Source: an uncultured Desulfarculus sp. (GTDB lineage Bacteria; Desulfobacterota; Desulfarculia; Desulfarculales; Desulfarculaceae). From it: DNA of 64,000 nt. Of the stretch, positions 10,368-20,861 are shown piece by piece. Numbering within the stretch: the stretch's first letter is position 1; each line of letters begins with the position of its first letter. The position numbers and the translations under genes were made by a program. The stretch covers positions 3,648,001 through 3,712,000 of the forward strand of contig CAXXUK010000001.1 of assembly GCA_963665125.2 (NCBI GenBank), in the 5' to 3' direction. The notes under the pieces were generated by a model. The model worked only from the letters and a program-made list of their open reading frames with translations. It was not told the origin of the DNA and searched no databases.

Positions 10368-10531
10368 ATATATAGCATGTAATTTTGTTTTTTTTATTTA
10401 TGTGTGGATTTTTAGTTTTATATATGTTATAATAAATACTGAACAAAAAATTGTTTGCTGATGTATAAGCCAATATAAAAAAATTCAATAACTGAATTCA
10501 GGCAGATAAAATTTTACAGGGGGGGGTTACT

Positions 10532-11179
10532 ATGAAATGGGAATGTAATAGAATCTATTTGCTCCTGCTATTGACAGTAATGCTTGCCTCTATCATACTG
10601 CCCTTTCCGGCGGAAGCGGGCTGAAGACCCTGTGCGCCCAGTTCGGGCGGTTCCAGAATTACAAGCATTCCCACATCAATGTCCAAAAAAAGTTCAAAAA
10701 AAAATTCATACACTACTGTGAGTGAACCCCAAAAAGTTGTCAAACCCAACCATCAGAAGATTGATATCTTCGACAGGAAATTTCAGAATCCTTACCTGTC
10801 CATAAAACCGGTTCAACTTAAGAACCCTTCCTTCTATGTTAAAAATGGATATGTCATTGTTACAGCCCGCTGCAACGGCAAAGCTGACAAAGGGCCGCCC
10901 GCGATCAGGCTGGAAATAGACGGATGCGGAGGATATCTCGGTTGTTCAAAATCCCCTGAAGGAGAATATCAGGGCAACGGATTGGTCAAAGCGGGAGAGA
11001 TGAAAGCCTGGAAGTATGATCTGAGGAATGTTGAGGTAGCCTGCGAAAATAAGGAAGGCAGTGAGAAAGTAAATTTCCTGAAGATTCTGCAGTCAAGGAG
11101 ATCACATAATATTAAATGCTACATTAATGGTGACAGGTTTTCCTGGATATCTCTGTATGTCTTTCTGAAAGATTATTAA
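10532..11179 (+). CDS. Secreted protein with in-frame TGA (codon 31) in a U-R-P-C motif; candidate selenoprotein
   Basis: RBS and ATG 10532, signal peptide ending AEA, TGA 10622-10624 in frame with ORF 10679-11179, hairpin immediately downstream. Confidence 0.7.
10635..10649 (+). promoter_or_regulatory. Candidate bacterial SECIS hairpin
   Basis: CGCCC-AGTTC-GGGCG; loop G separated from the UGA by 16 nt and followed by U. Confidence 0.6.
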
Positions 11180-11198
11180 GCTGTTTTGAGGTTTTATT

Positions 11199-11227
11199 GC
11201 TGCCCACAAGACTGTGGGCACTACCGA
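11199..11227. repeat. REP-like palindrome / possible bidirectional terminator
   Basis: TGCCCACA-agac-TGTGGGCA-CTACC between convergent genes; related copies at ~37150 and ~59757. Confidence 0.65.
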
Positions 11228-11240
11228 TGAAATGGGGGTA

Positions 11241-13178
11241 TCAATAGTCCAATCTTCCCAAAATCTGAATTTCCAGGGGATTCAGGTTCACCTTCATAAA
11301 CCTGGTAGGGCCTTTTGTTATGTATGTTCTCCATGGGTAACCGGCAGTGGAATAATCTATGACATGGTTGTAAATATTGGATTCTCCTTCTTTTCTCTCC
11401 TGAATTTCTCCGGGGAGTGAAGCTTCATTTCCTTTATTGCTGTATAGTAGTTTCATTTGCGTCCCGGGGATGTTGACGGAATATTCCACAATTACGAAGC
11501 CTTCCCATCCGTAATAGGGGTTCATATTGGCAGCGATGACAATCTCCGTGTCATTGAGTATCCTGGAGAAAGCCAGTATACCTCCGACATTGGTGGAAAT
11601 GCCAAAATCGTAACTGTTACCGGAGATCTGTCTGAAATACTGTCTTCCATAGCGCAATGCAGCATGTGAAGCCCGGATCTCCGCCATGTTTTTGATTTCC
11701 TTATAATATGGGGTCTCCATATCAAATGCATTGGGCTTCCCCCAAAGGGCCTCCCTTATGTAGGTGTCGTTGTTATCCCCTTCACCGTTCAGTCCCTGCT
11801 CTGTTCCGTAATATATGCATGGGATTCCCTGGAGTGTGAATAGGCATCCCACTGCCATTGCCAGTTTGTCTTCACATTTCTTTTCGGAATTTTTGCAGTT
11901 GAACCTGTGATAATGTTTAATTTTCTCATTGTTTTTATAATATATGGTCTGATTGTCGTGATTATCCAGGAAAGTAACGAAAAATCGGCTTGCTTCTCCG
12001 TGGGAACTGAGATGGTTTTTCTGAACATTTTTACGGTGTTTGAAAGTCCATATTACATCTGAAGGTGCAGTTTCTCCCTTAACCGACCTGGTCAGGCTGT
12101 ACATGAGGGGGAAATCCAGAGCGGCATCAACACCGATGAGCTGCTCGGCATCCTCGGCATATTTACCGATATAACCGGCAATTTTTTCCTCGCTGTCCCA
12201 GACTTCACCAAAGGTAAAAAAGTTTTTCTTTCCTGTGCTTTGTGCGAATTCCCTCATGGCATTTCCAAAGATTCTGGCGAAATCATGGGGTACGTGTTTC
12301 AATGTATCTATTCTGAATCCGTCAATATCGAATTTTGCAATAACATACTGATAAATTTTGATGATAATCTCCTGAACCGGGTGATGATGTCCCCTTTCGT
12401 AAGAGATTTCTGTGTAATCCAGGTTCATCTCCTTGAGAGAGCTGAAATCTCCTTCTTCTTCGTGGCCTGGGAGTGCAACCCCCCTCCTGCGGAAAAAAGT
12501 ATTCCGTCTTAATTCACGGGGCCGGATGGCTGCGTCGGGATGGCAGTCCACAGGCGCTTCTGTCCATTCCGGTCTGGGGACTCCAAAATCATCCCTCCAG
12601 TTAATTTCGTAGGGTTCCAGGTCGAAGTCTCTCCAGGGAGCATTATATTTGAAGTCTTTGTATTGAAAAACATTGCCGGTATGGTTGAGGACAATATCGA
12701 AAATTATATAGATTCCACGGGCATGAGCTTCGTCGATAAGCTGCAGAAGCTCTTTTTCTGCTATTTCAGGGTTGTCCTGATCCGAGCCGAATCGCGGATC
12801 CACCGATAAGAAATCCTGTATTCCATAACCGTGATATGTGTTGGGGTTATATATGCAGTTCTTCAGAACCGGGGTCATCCAAATTGCACCTACTCCCAGG
12901 TCTTTCAGGTAGTCCAGCTTTTCCCTTATCCCGTTGAAGCTTCCTCCCTGAAAACTGTTGTGGGGGCCGTCCCAGGGCAGATGCCGGGGAGGTTTCTCCG
13001 GATTATTGAACCTATCAATCATAAGAAAATAGATCCATTTGTCCCGCCAGTCTCCGGGAGAAGGGAAGGGACATGGTATCTGAACCGTCTCCCCATTGAT
13101 ATTTACTTTTTTGAATCTGCGTTTCCTGGCATTTCTTATGGTTTCTTTAAACTTTTCGCTGTTTATGGAATCTGTCAT
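11241..13178 (-). CDS. Alpha-amylase family glycoside hydrolase (GH13)
   Basis: IYFLMIDRF, YHGY, DIVLNH, DGFRIDTLKH, GEVW, FLDNHD conserved regions. Confidence 0.93.
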   Translation of the reverse strand: MTDSINSEKFKETIRNARKRRFKKVNINGETVQIPCPFPSPGDWRDKWIYFLMIDRFNNPEKPPRHLPWDGPHNSFQGGSFNGIREKLDYLKDLGVGAIWMTPVLKNCIYNPNTYHGYGIQDFLSVDPRFGSDQDNPEIAEKELLQLIDEAHARGIYIIFDIVLNHTGNVFQYKDFKYNAPWRDFDLEPYEINWRDDFGVPRPEWTEAPVDCHPDAAIRPRELRRNTFFRRRGVALPGHEEEGDFSSLKEMNLDYTEISYERGHHHPVQEIIIKIYQYVIAKFDIDGFRIDTLKHVPHDFARIFGNAMREFAQSTGKKNFFTFGEVWDSEEKIAGYIGKYAEDAEQLIGVDAALDFPLMYSLTRSVKGETAPSDVIWTFKHRKNVQKNHLSSHGEASRFFVTFLDNHDNQTIYYKNNEKIKHYHRFNCKNSEKKCEDKLAMAVGCLFTLQGIPCIYYGTEQGLNGEGDNNDTYIREALWGKPNAFDMETPYYKEIKNMAEIRASHAALRYGRQYFRQISGNSYDFGISTNVGGILAFSRILNDTEIVIAANMNPYYGWEGFVIVEYSVNIPGTQMKLLYSNKGNEASLPGEIQERKEGESNIYNHVIDYSTAGYPWRTYITKGPTRFMKVNLNPLEIQILGRLDY

Positions 13179-13523
13179 TTGACTCTCCCCTGCAGTTTGC
13201 CGGTGAATTTACCGACGAAATGTTTAATAACAAAGGTTTGAAGTAACTAACAGGCAGTATGTTTCTTTGTGAAGGAATTATTATTCTGTTTAAGAACATT
13301 TTCCATAGATGTGCCTGAATTATGAGAAAATTCAATAGATATCCGATGCAATCCTTTCAGTCTTCATGGGACTGTCCAAAAAGGTAGCGCAGATTTTTAA
13401 TCATGAGGTATATGATCGTGAAATACAATATTCATACTGCATACGGTGGCAAACTCAGGCAAGATGCCTGAACTGCTTACTTTTTATACAGCCGCATATT
13501 ATATTTTGAAGAGGATGTTAAAA

Positions 13524-14708
13524 ATGAGAAGATTGTTTTTAGGGGTATTTGTGGTGATAATTCTGTTATTATCTTTTGGAATTGCGTTTGCTGTGAGGGA
13601 TGATGTTTACTCGGCGGCTATGGATGGAAATCTTGCACTGGTGAAAAAGCATATAGAGAGTAACCCTTCACTGGTGAACAGGAAAAATGTTGTGGGAAGA
13701 ACCCCCATATTCTTTGCAGCTTCACATGGTCATGCAGATATTGTGAATTACCTGATTTCTAAGGGGGCGAAAGTGAATGTAACCGATAATAATGGAAATT
13801 CACCTTTGCATTCTGCAGCTACAGGAAGAGACTTGACAATTATTGACATCCTCATTTCACGGGGAGCCAGGATCAACAGCAGAAATAAAAACGGTGAGAC
13901 TCCACTGTTATTGGCAGTGAGCGGAGGAACCAGGGAAGAAAATATAAACCGTCTGTTATCCCGTGGTGCTGATGTCAACTCTGCCGATTCAAGAGGCGAA
14001 ACTCCCCTTATAAAAGAGATAAAGCGGGCACATAAGGATGACATAATAATTCTTCTGGTATCAAAGGGAGCAAATGTAAACAAAGGGGATGCAATGGGAA
14101 ACACACCTCTTCATTATGCAGTCCGTGGTAATGACAGGCATCTGGATCGGATTAAATATCTGGTGTCTCATGGAGCAAATGTTAACGCAAAAAACAAAAT
14201 GAACCAGACCCCTATGGAATTCTATCAGGTTCCACCACACAGTCAGACGGGGAAATATCTTATATCCATGGGAGCAGGGGGCAAAGTTGTTGAATCTCAG
14301 AAAAAGCAGCCCCATATCGATTTGCCTCCGCAACAGGTTGTCAAAAACTTTGTAAAAGCCTGTGAAACGGGGAACTCCAATCTTTTGAGACAATGTGTAA
14401 GTAAAAGAAGAATATCCACTGTTCCCGATAAGAATTTTAATCCCGCTTCAGGATACTGGAAATCTCTCTGGCCAAAAGGAATCAGCATAAGCAGCAGAGA
14501 TTTCCCCGACAATGCTCCGGATGGAACAGTTATTTCAGTTAGTGCCGGTACCAGGGCAACAGTCCCAAAAGGGGTTGTTTATGCAGGGAAAGAAGCAAAA
14601 GTAATGGGGACTTTTTATCTTATAAGGGAAAACGGACAGTGGAAATATTCGGGAGAGCTATGGCATTGGGTGGTAAGCAGAATGGAGATTAGAAGAATGA
14701 CAAGATGA
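13524..14708 (+). CDS. Secreted ankyrin-repeat protein with C-terminal NTF2-like domain
   Basis: Signal peptide (..AFA), about 6 G-TPLH-A ankyrin repeats; start 13524 preferred over 13446. Confidence 0.85.
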   Translation: MRRLFLGVFVVIILLLSFGIAFAVRDDVYSAAMDGNLALVKKHIESNPSLVNRKNVVGRTPIFFAASHGHADIVNYLISKGAKVNVTDNNGNSPLHSAATGRDLTIIDILISRGARINSRNKNGETPLLLAVSGGTREENINRLLSRGADVNSADSRGETPLIKEIKRAHKDDIIILLVSKGANVNKGDAMGNTPLHYAVRGNDRHLDRIKYLVSHGANVNAKNKMNQTPMEFYQVPPHSQTGKYLISMGAGGKVVESQKKQPHIDLPPQQVVKNFVKACETGNSNLLRQCVSKRRISTVPDKNFNPASGYWKSLWPKGISISSRDFPDNAPDGTVISVSAGTRATVPKGVVYAGKEAKVMGTFYLIRENGQWKYSGELWHWVVSRMEIRRMTR

Positions 14709-14927
14709 GTGATTGAATGGACATTTCCGACAGCAGCAAAAAAAGAAGTCAATATTTCCGGGAATAAACTTGCAGGAATCGGGTAAAAATTAACAAATTA
14801 GAATATTACAGGCAAGGGGAAAAAGCTGACGGTGAGTAAGTTTTATTTTTCCCCGGTGAAACACCTTTCGGAATGATAGTTGATTTTGATACCGTAGTGA
14901 TAAAAAATCAACCTGAGGGGGCTGTCA

Positions 14928-16073
14928 TTGAAAGATTCAGATGAAAAAGAAACAGTAAATGTTCTGCTGGTGGAAGATGATGAACTGGCGCTGCAATTGG
15001 CATCGATAATCCTCCAGGGAATTGGGGATTTCAAGCTCCACACCGCTTTTAACGGGCAGGAAGCTCTGGAAATTATTAACTCCATTCATATCGACATGCT
15101 TATAACTGACATTATGATGCCTGTTATGGACGGCTTTGATTTGATTGAGCGCGTCCGTAAGATGCCCTCGATGAAGGAGAGTCAAATAATTATCATTACT
15201 TCGTTACGTTTCACCGATCAAAAAGTCAGGGGGTTTGAACTGGGAGCAAATGATTATATAACCAAACCCTTTGATCACAAAGAACTCAAAGCCAGGGTAG
15301 GAGCGGGAATAAGGGATATTATCCTGAGAAAACAGCTGAAAAAGGCATATAAAGAGCTGGAAAAGGCATCGGAGTTCAAACGACTTCTTCTGGGAAGAGT
15401 GGCTCATGACCTGAGAACTCCTATTTCAATAATCGAAGGCTATCTGCATATCATTAAAGATAATTATACAAGTCTTTCCCGGGATGATTTTGATACCTAT
15501 TTTAATAACATTATAAACCAGTCAAGGTTCATCAATTCCATCTGCCGCGACATACTGGATTTCACCGCCCTGGATATGGGCAAACTTACCCTGGAATTGA
15601 ATCCCTATTCAATAGAAAGTGTGGTTCGTGAAGCGGTTATGCTCAATTCTCCCCAGGCAAAAGCCAGGGAAGTGGAGATAGATATTATTATCGAAAACAA
15701 ACTTCCGCCGGTATTAATGGACTCTCACAGGGCAACGGGGGTTTTCTGGAACATTTTGAATAATGCTATTAAATACAGCAAAAAAGGCTCAAGAATAAAG
15801 GTCCTGATTAAACGAAACGAAGAAAAGGTTATGGTTTCTGTCGAAGATAAAGGAAGGGGAATTTCACCGGAAGCCAGGGAGCATCTCTTCTCTTTCTTCG
15901 CTAATGACAGGACTGAAGATAATACCGGTGTGGGAAGTGTTGGACTGGGTCTTGCTATCAGCAAACGGTTGATGGAGCTTCAGGGAGGGGATATCACCGT
16001 GGAAAGTGTAGAGGGTGAGGGAAGCACTTTTACAGTAACTCTTCCCGTAGCAAAATCTTCAGAAACTGAATAA
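14928..16073 (+). CDS. Hybrid response regulator / sensor histidine kinase
   Basis: REC (LLVEDD, DIMMP, KP), H-box AHDLRTP, N-box NAIKY, GLGLAI. Confidence 0.93.
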   Translation: MKDSDEKETVNVLLVEDDELALQLASIILQGIGDFKLHTAFNGQEALEIINSIHIDMLITDIMMPVMDGFDLIERVRKMPSMKESQIIIITSLRFTDQKVRGFELGANDYITKPFDHKELKARVGAGIRDIILRKQLKKAYKELEKASEFKRLLLGRVAHDLRTPISIIEGYLHIIKDNYTSLSRDDFDTYFNNIINQSRFINSICRDILDFTALDMGKLTLELNPYSIESVVREAVMLNSPQAKAREVEIDIIIENKLPPVLMDSHRATGVFWNILNNAIKYSKKGSRIKVLIKRNEEKVMVSVEDKGRGISPEAREHLFSFFANDRTEDNTGVGSVGLGLAISKRLMELQGGDITVESVEGEGSTFTVTLPVAKSSETE

Positions 16074-16124
16074 AGAAGCTAACAACCCGGCATTCTTACC
16101 GACAGTCTTTTAGGAAGGACTTCA

Positions 16125-17186
16125 ATGTCCAAAAAAAACAGAGTAATAACCATTGGAGCAATTTTTACAGCGACTTTAATTCTGATTTCCTTTTTCTATT
16201 CAGGGAAAGAATTTGAACCCGGAAAGACTATCGAAGGTAATAATCTGTTAAAAAATGTTTCCGTTACAAAAACCGTCAAGCTTGAATCCTCTTCGAGAAA
16301 CAAAATCCCTGTTCTCCCGGCAATTACTACACCCTTCACAGAAAAGGATTATGTCAGTTTTGGCGGATTTAATGATGAAATAAGCAGGCAGATAAAGAGA
16401 ATCTCAGGCTCTCCCATTCTCAAAGAAGAATATCGGGAATTTACCGTAAAAAATAACCTCCCTGTTTCAGAAAAATCATATCTCGATTTTGTGAGGGCGA
16501 AAGTTTTATTTGAAGCTTCAAGAGATTGCGGATTATGGCATATTCAGTGGAATATAACCAACCGGGAACCCAACTCGGATAATATCTGGGCACAGTGGAA
16601 AAAGCAAAATGCTAAGGATTTTAACCGGAAAGTCACAGCCATAGCTGAATGTGATGAAATTTCAGCCCTGTATGCATTCCTGTGCAAAAAGCAGGGAGTC
16701 GGAGGAGTAGGTCTTTTCTGGCCCACAAATAATCATACGGTTGCCGTCTGGAAGTTGAAAATTTCGGTAGGAAAGGAAGTCCGTATAGTGGTTCCCACTA
16801 CTCAAATATTTCTGGAAAATAAGGGACTTTTCGGAAAGACAAAATTTGACCCCTGGAAGCAGCCTGCCATTTATGATTACACTCGTGATGATGTTCCCGA
16901 TTCATATCTCATCCCTGCGGGTCTTGCCAATTTCTTTATAATTCAAATGGAAAAATACGGCGGCGCATCGGAAGAAGTGCTTCATTATCTCAGAAATATG
17001 AGGGAATCGGTATTTCTGGGCTATATCTCACAGCAGGATGCAGTATACGAAGTAACCGGTATAAGAAATGAATACCTGGAAGACATTCTCAGAAAAAAAG
17101 AAGAAAACCCCAAAATGAGGTTTTCTTATAGCGATATTTATGCAATGAATTATTTTCTGAAGGATTTTCTTCAGGCAAAACCATAA
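16125..17186 (+). CDS. Membrane-anchored hypothetical protein, possible transglutaminase-like fold
   Basis: N-terminal TM; AECDEISALYAFLCKKQGV..NHTVAVW resembles the Cys-His core. Confidence 0.6.
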   Translation: MSKKNRVITIGAIFTATLILISFFYSGKEFEPGKTIEGNNLLKNVSVTKTVKLESSSRNKIPVLPAITTPFTEKDYVSFGGFNDEISRQIKRISGSPILKEEYREFTVKNNLPVSEKSYLDFVRAKVLFEASRDCGLWHIQWNITNREPNSDNIWAQWKKQNAKDFNRKVTAIAECDEISALYAFLCKKQGVGGVGLFWPTNNHTVAVWKLKISVGKEVRIVVPTTQIFLENKGLFGKTKFDPWKQPAIYDYTRDDVPDSYLIPAGLANFFIIQMEKYGGASEEVLHYLRNMRESVFLGYISQQDAVYEVTGIRNEYLEDILRKKEENPKMRFSYSDIYAMNYFLKDFLQAKP

Positions 17187-17195
17187 TTTCCGGTT

Positions 17196-18605
17196 TTAAA
17201 TTTCTACTTTCCATTTGGTTCCCTGGGGAGTGTCCATGAGGATTATTCCCCTTGCAACCAACTGATCCCTTATCTCATCAGAGCGGGCATAGTTCTTCTC
17301 TTTTCTTGCTTTGATCCGCTCATCAATCAGATTCTGGATTTCCGCTTCCAACTCTTTTTCAACAAAGGCACGATCCATCCTGATCCCAAGGATTTGATCC
17401 AGATCCATTATAAATTCCAGAACCTTTTTGGAATCTTCTTTTGAAAGCTTTCCTTCGTCGATGATTTTATTTACTTCTGAAATGAAGGTGAAAATCTCTG
17501 CGATAGCTTTTGGAGCATTCAGATCATCATCCATTCCTTCGATGAAGCCTTCTTTTGCTTTCGCTATTAATTCATCGATTTTACCGGTGGATTCTTCCCC
17601 TGCCATTTCCTTTGCCCTTTTCAGGAAATCATAGATGCGGTTGACGGCTTTCCAGGAGTTATCCAGGGCTTCGAAGGTGAAATCCAGTTTCTTCCGGTAA
17701 TCGCTGGTTACATACAGATAACGAACAGCAATGGGATCGTATCCTTTGCCGATAATATCTCTCAATGTGTAGAAGTTGCCCTTCGATTTCGCCATCTTGC
17801 CGCCATCGACAAGCAGGTGTTCGCTGTGAAGCCAGTAGTTGACGAATTTCTTACCGTTTGCTGCTTCCGACTGGGCAATTTCATTTTCATGGTGAGGGAA
17901 AATATTGTCAACTCCGCCGGTATGAATATCGAAACTGCTTCCCAGGTATTTGGAGCTCATGGCGGAGCACTCGATATGCCATCCGGGGCGTCCCTTGCCT
18001 AAATCCGTCTCCCAGAAGACATCGCCGTCATTCTCATCCCAGGCTTTCCAAAGGGCGAAATCCGACAGGTTCTCCTTGTCATATTCATCATGTTTTACGC
18101 GGGAACCGCTTATAAGATCCTCCACTTTAATGTGGGCGAGTTTACCGTAATCAGGGAATTTGGCAATGGAAAAATAGATGCTGCCATCTTCTCCCCTGTA
18201 TGCGAAGCCTTTCTGCATGAGTCTTTTGATGATGCTCACCATTTCTTTGACATGTTCCGTTGCTTTGGGATATACCTCAGCCTTTTCGATGTTGAGGGTT
18301 TCCAGGTCATCAAAAAACGAGTCAGTGTATTTCTTTGCATATTCCCCGGCGGTAATGTTCTTGCCCAGGACGGAACGGATAATCTTGTCATCCACATCGG
18401 TAATGTTCATAACCTGTTTGACTTTAAACCCTTTATATTTAAGGTAACGCCGCAGCACATCCTCGAAGACGTAGGTGCGGAAATTGCCTATATGCGCAAA
18501 ATCATAGACTGTGGGGCCGCAGGTATACATACCCACTTTACCCTCAACCATAGGTTTGAATTCTTCTTTCACTCTTGTCAATGTGTTCAATAATTGCAGT
18601 GCCAT
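17196..18605 (-). CDS. cysS: Cysteine--tRNA ligase
   Basis: YTCGPTVY..HIGN, GRPGWHIECSAM, FPHHENE, KMAKS. Confidence 0.98.
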   Translation of the reverse strand: MALQLLNTLTRVKEEFKPMVEGKVGMYTCGPTVYDFAHIGNFRTYVFEDVLRRYLKYKGFKVKQVMNITDVDDKIIRSVLGKNITAGEYAKKYTDSFFDDLETLNIEKAEVYPKATEHVKEMVSIIKRLMQKGFAYRGEDGSIYFSIAKFPDYGKLAHIKVEDLISGSRVKHDEYDKENLSDFALWKAWDENDGDVFWETDLGKGRPGWHIECSAMSSKYLGSSFDIHTGGVDNIFPHHENEIAQSEAANGKKFVNYWLHSEHLLVDGGKMAKSKGNFYTLRDIIGKGYDPIAVRYLYVTSDYRKKLDFTFEALDNSWKAVNRIYDFLKRAKEMAGEESTGKIDELIAKAKEGFIEGMDDDLNAPKAIAEIFTFISEVNKIIDEGKLSKEDSKKVLEFIMDLDQILGIRMDRAFVEKELEAEIQNLIDERIKARKEKNYARSDEIRDQLVARGIILMDTPQGTKWKVEI

Positions 18606-19026
18606 ATTTTCTCCTCCCTGAAGTCATGTTTTTAGCATTGTAACACAGGAGGTGGGGGGATTGTCAAGGTGGAAGGAGGAGAATACATTGATTCCAACAT
18701 TCATTTCCGGATACGGATGACCTGGTTGGAAGTTTTAGGGACAAATGTGAATAAACACTCTCTTTTTTATGGACGGATCTGCAATATTTTATGGAATTAT
18801 CCCACAGAAAAGAGGTATAATAGAATTGGAATAACCGGATATTTTTTACTTCGGGTTATTTCGGTCATCGATTTCCGTAATGGAAAAGTTACTACTATTC
18901 AGCTTATGTGGGAGCAAATTCCTGGTGGCTGCCCGATAAATCATAGAATACTTATGCTTCCGGATTGTGCCATGACCCGGAGACAACCCCACATGATTGG
19001 TGTGAATAGATTTATGGAGGAATATA

Positions 19027-20046
19027 ATGAGACAAATACTTAATAAATCAATAACTATCATTTTTTTTATTATAATTGTTATAGGATTAATTCCTGCTAA
19101 ACCTGCTTCTGCAGAAAACAGAGCGATGGGAATGATTCTTGAGATCAATGGAAAGGCAAAAATCAAACAAAATAACATACTCAGTCCTGCCAATATTATG
19201 CAGCCCATTTATGAAAACTCCATTATCTATACAGGAAAAGGCAGCACACTGAAATTTGCCGATTATAGGGATAAAAAGGAATATTTGATAGGAGATTATT
19301 CTTATATAATTTTCAAATACGGTAAAGTCGAAATAAAGAGGGGAAGTCTCCAAAAAGTCTCAAGGGGAGGCAAGTTGCCCCTTCCTAAAAATACTGTTCT
19401 GGTATCCAGGAAAATAAGCGGCGTAGTCTATATGTATGTAGTGGACCCGGAAGTAAAGATTTCCTATCCCAAAGACAAGGCTCTTTTTGCTACGGATAAT
19501 ATCGAATTCACCTGGAACGGGGATGGTGTGAAAGAATACGAGGTAATCATAATTGAAGTCGGGACCAATAGAATAATGAAACCATATCCCATAACCGTTA
19601 AAGACTATAAATACAAATACTCACAGTCTAAAGATACACCCTTCCGTCTGGAATATGGAAAGAGCTATTTCTTTGTGGTTCGTCAGAAACCTGATAAAGA
19701 ACTTATCGAAAAATACGGAAAAGACGGAGTATATGCCGATCAGGCACGGATAACCTTCTCGCTCCTGCCGGTAGATCAGGCAAAGAAAGTTCAGGAAGCT
19801 GAGAAAGCCTACAGTGAAGTTATAAAGAAGAATCCTGATGATAAAACATCGATGTTGTTGATGGCTGATATGTATAAAGAAAATGGAATGTATCAGAATG
19901 CTGTTGATGTTTTGTATACCCTGAGAGATAAAGATCCTGAAAATCCCTATATTTATTATTATATTGCGGAAATGCTGGATGAGATGAAGCTTCCCGGTTC
20001 TGATGAGATAAGGGAGAAGGGGAAGAAGCTGGAGAAGAGACTGTAG
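19027..20046 (+). CDS. Secreted protein with N-terminal FecR-like beta region and C-terminal TPR
   Basis: Signal peptide (ASA); C-terminal TPR-like helices (KNPDD, DPENPYIYYYIAE). Confidence 0.7.
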   Translation: MRQILNKSITIIFFIIIVIGLIPAKPASAENRAMGMILEINGKAKIKQNNILSPANIMQPIYENSIIYTGKGSTLKFADYRDKKEYLIGDYSYIIFKYGKVEIKRGSLQKVSRGGKLPLPKNTVLVSRKISGVVYMYVVDPEVKISYPKDKALFATDNIEFTWNGDGVKEYEVIIIEVGTNRIMKPYPITVKDYKYKYSQSKDTPFRLEYGKSYFFVVRQKPDKELIEKYGKDGVYADQARITFSLLPVDQAKKVQEAEKAYSEVIKKNPDDKTSMLLMADMYKENGMYQNAVDVLYTLRDKDPENPYIYYYIAEMLDEMKLPGSDEIREKGKKLEKRL

Positions 20047-20160
20047 ATGTGAAATATCACAGAATAAAGCGGATTAGAGTGCAGTATAAGTATGCTGAAT
20101 TTTATTCTGAATGAATACATTGGGGAATTCGGAAAATATATTTTTCCGAATTCCATGACC

Positions 20161-20190
20161 GGCAGATTGAAGTCTGCCTTTTTTTATTTT
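20161..20190 (+). terminator. Rho-independent terminator
   Basis: GGCAGAT-tgaa-GTCTGCC followed by T-run. Confidence 0.8.
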
Positions 20191-20295
20191 TATCGGTAAC
20201 TGTTTCTGAAGTAAATTTGACACGATAAATTTCCGGAAGCTTGATTCAAGAATCTTGCATGAATAAATGTAATATTAAATAAATATTGAAATAAC

Positions 20296-20336
20296 TTATC
20301 CACAGTATTGATTTTTCAAGTATTATGTATTATAAT
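20296..20336 (+). promoter_or_regulatory. Sigma70-type promoter with adjacent DnaA box
   Basis: TTATCCACA 20296-20304; TTGATT(20308)-17 nt-TATAAT(20331). Confidence 0.65.
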
Positions 20337-20652
20337 GATAACACAAATAATATGTTTTACAATAACTGTAATTATGGCAAAAAGTAGTAATACTTCAATA
20401 ATTGTCGATAATAAGTTAATCACTCTGACTGTCCGGTTAACCGGAATTCCCCGGGAAATTGATAAGATTGATTTTGTATGACAATACTGATTATACGCTT
20501 ACATTTATTCAGATTTAACCTGACGGAGGACGTTCCTGTCCGTTTTTACATTAATAAAATCCAGGCTCACAATTTCACACGGGAGAATCCAATATGATTC
20601 TTTATCTTCCATTTCTACAACAGCAGGTATAAATATAGCAGGAGGTGATAAT

Positions 20653-20766
20653 ATGAAAAAAAACAAAGAGCTTCTGTTGTTGGCAGAAACTCTTATGCTT
20701 ATGTCAGATAAGCTCTCTGAGATCTCTGTCAAGATTTATGAGCTAATCTGGCTTGAGAACAATTGA
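20653..20766 (+). CDS. Small 37-aa peptide MKKNKELLLLAETLMLMSDKLSEISVKIYELIWLENN
   Basis: Strong RBS GGAGGTGA at 20641, upstream promoter, downstream hairpins; below the ORF-track cutoff. Confidence 0.6.
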   Translation: MKKNKELLLLAETLMLMSDKLSEISVKIYELIWLENN

Positions 20767-20832
20767 TCATTTCAATGATCAACCGACTTTTTTATTCCGG
20801 GAAGTGTTAACTTCCGGGTTTCATTTGTAACC

Positions 20833-20861
20833 ATTATAACACTTGAATTTGAAAAATTCAA
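20833..20861 (-). promoter_or_regulatory. Antisense sigma70-type promoter convergent on the small ORF
   Basis: Minus strand TTGAAT-17 nt-TATAAT with extended TG. Confidence 0.65.

Noticed and set aside
10622..10624. Genome-wide TGA recoding (code 4/25) as explanation of the in-frame TGA
   Set aside because: mnmE and other well-defined genes terminate at TGA, and Trp is encoded by TGG
20505..20732. Minus-strand 75-aa ORF
   Set aside because: No RBS; antisense to the better-supported 37-aa ORF
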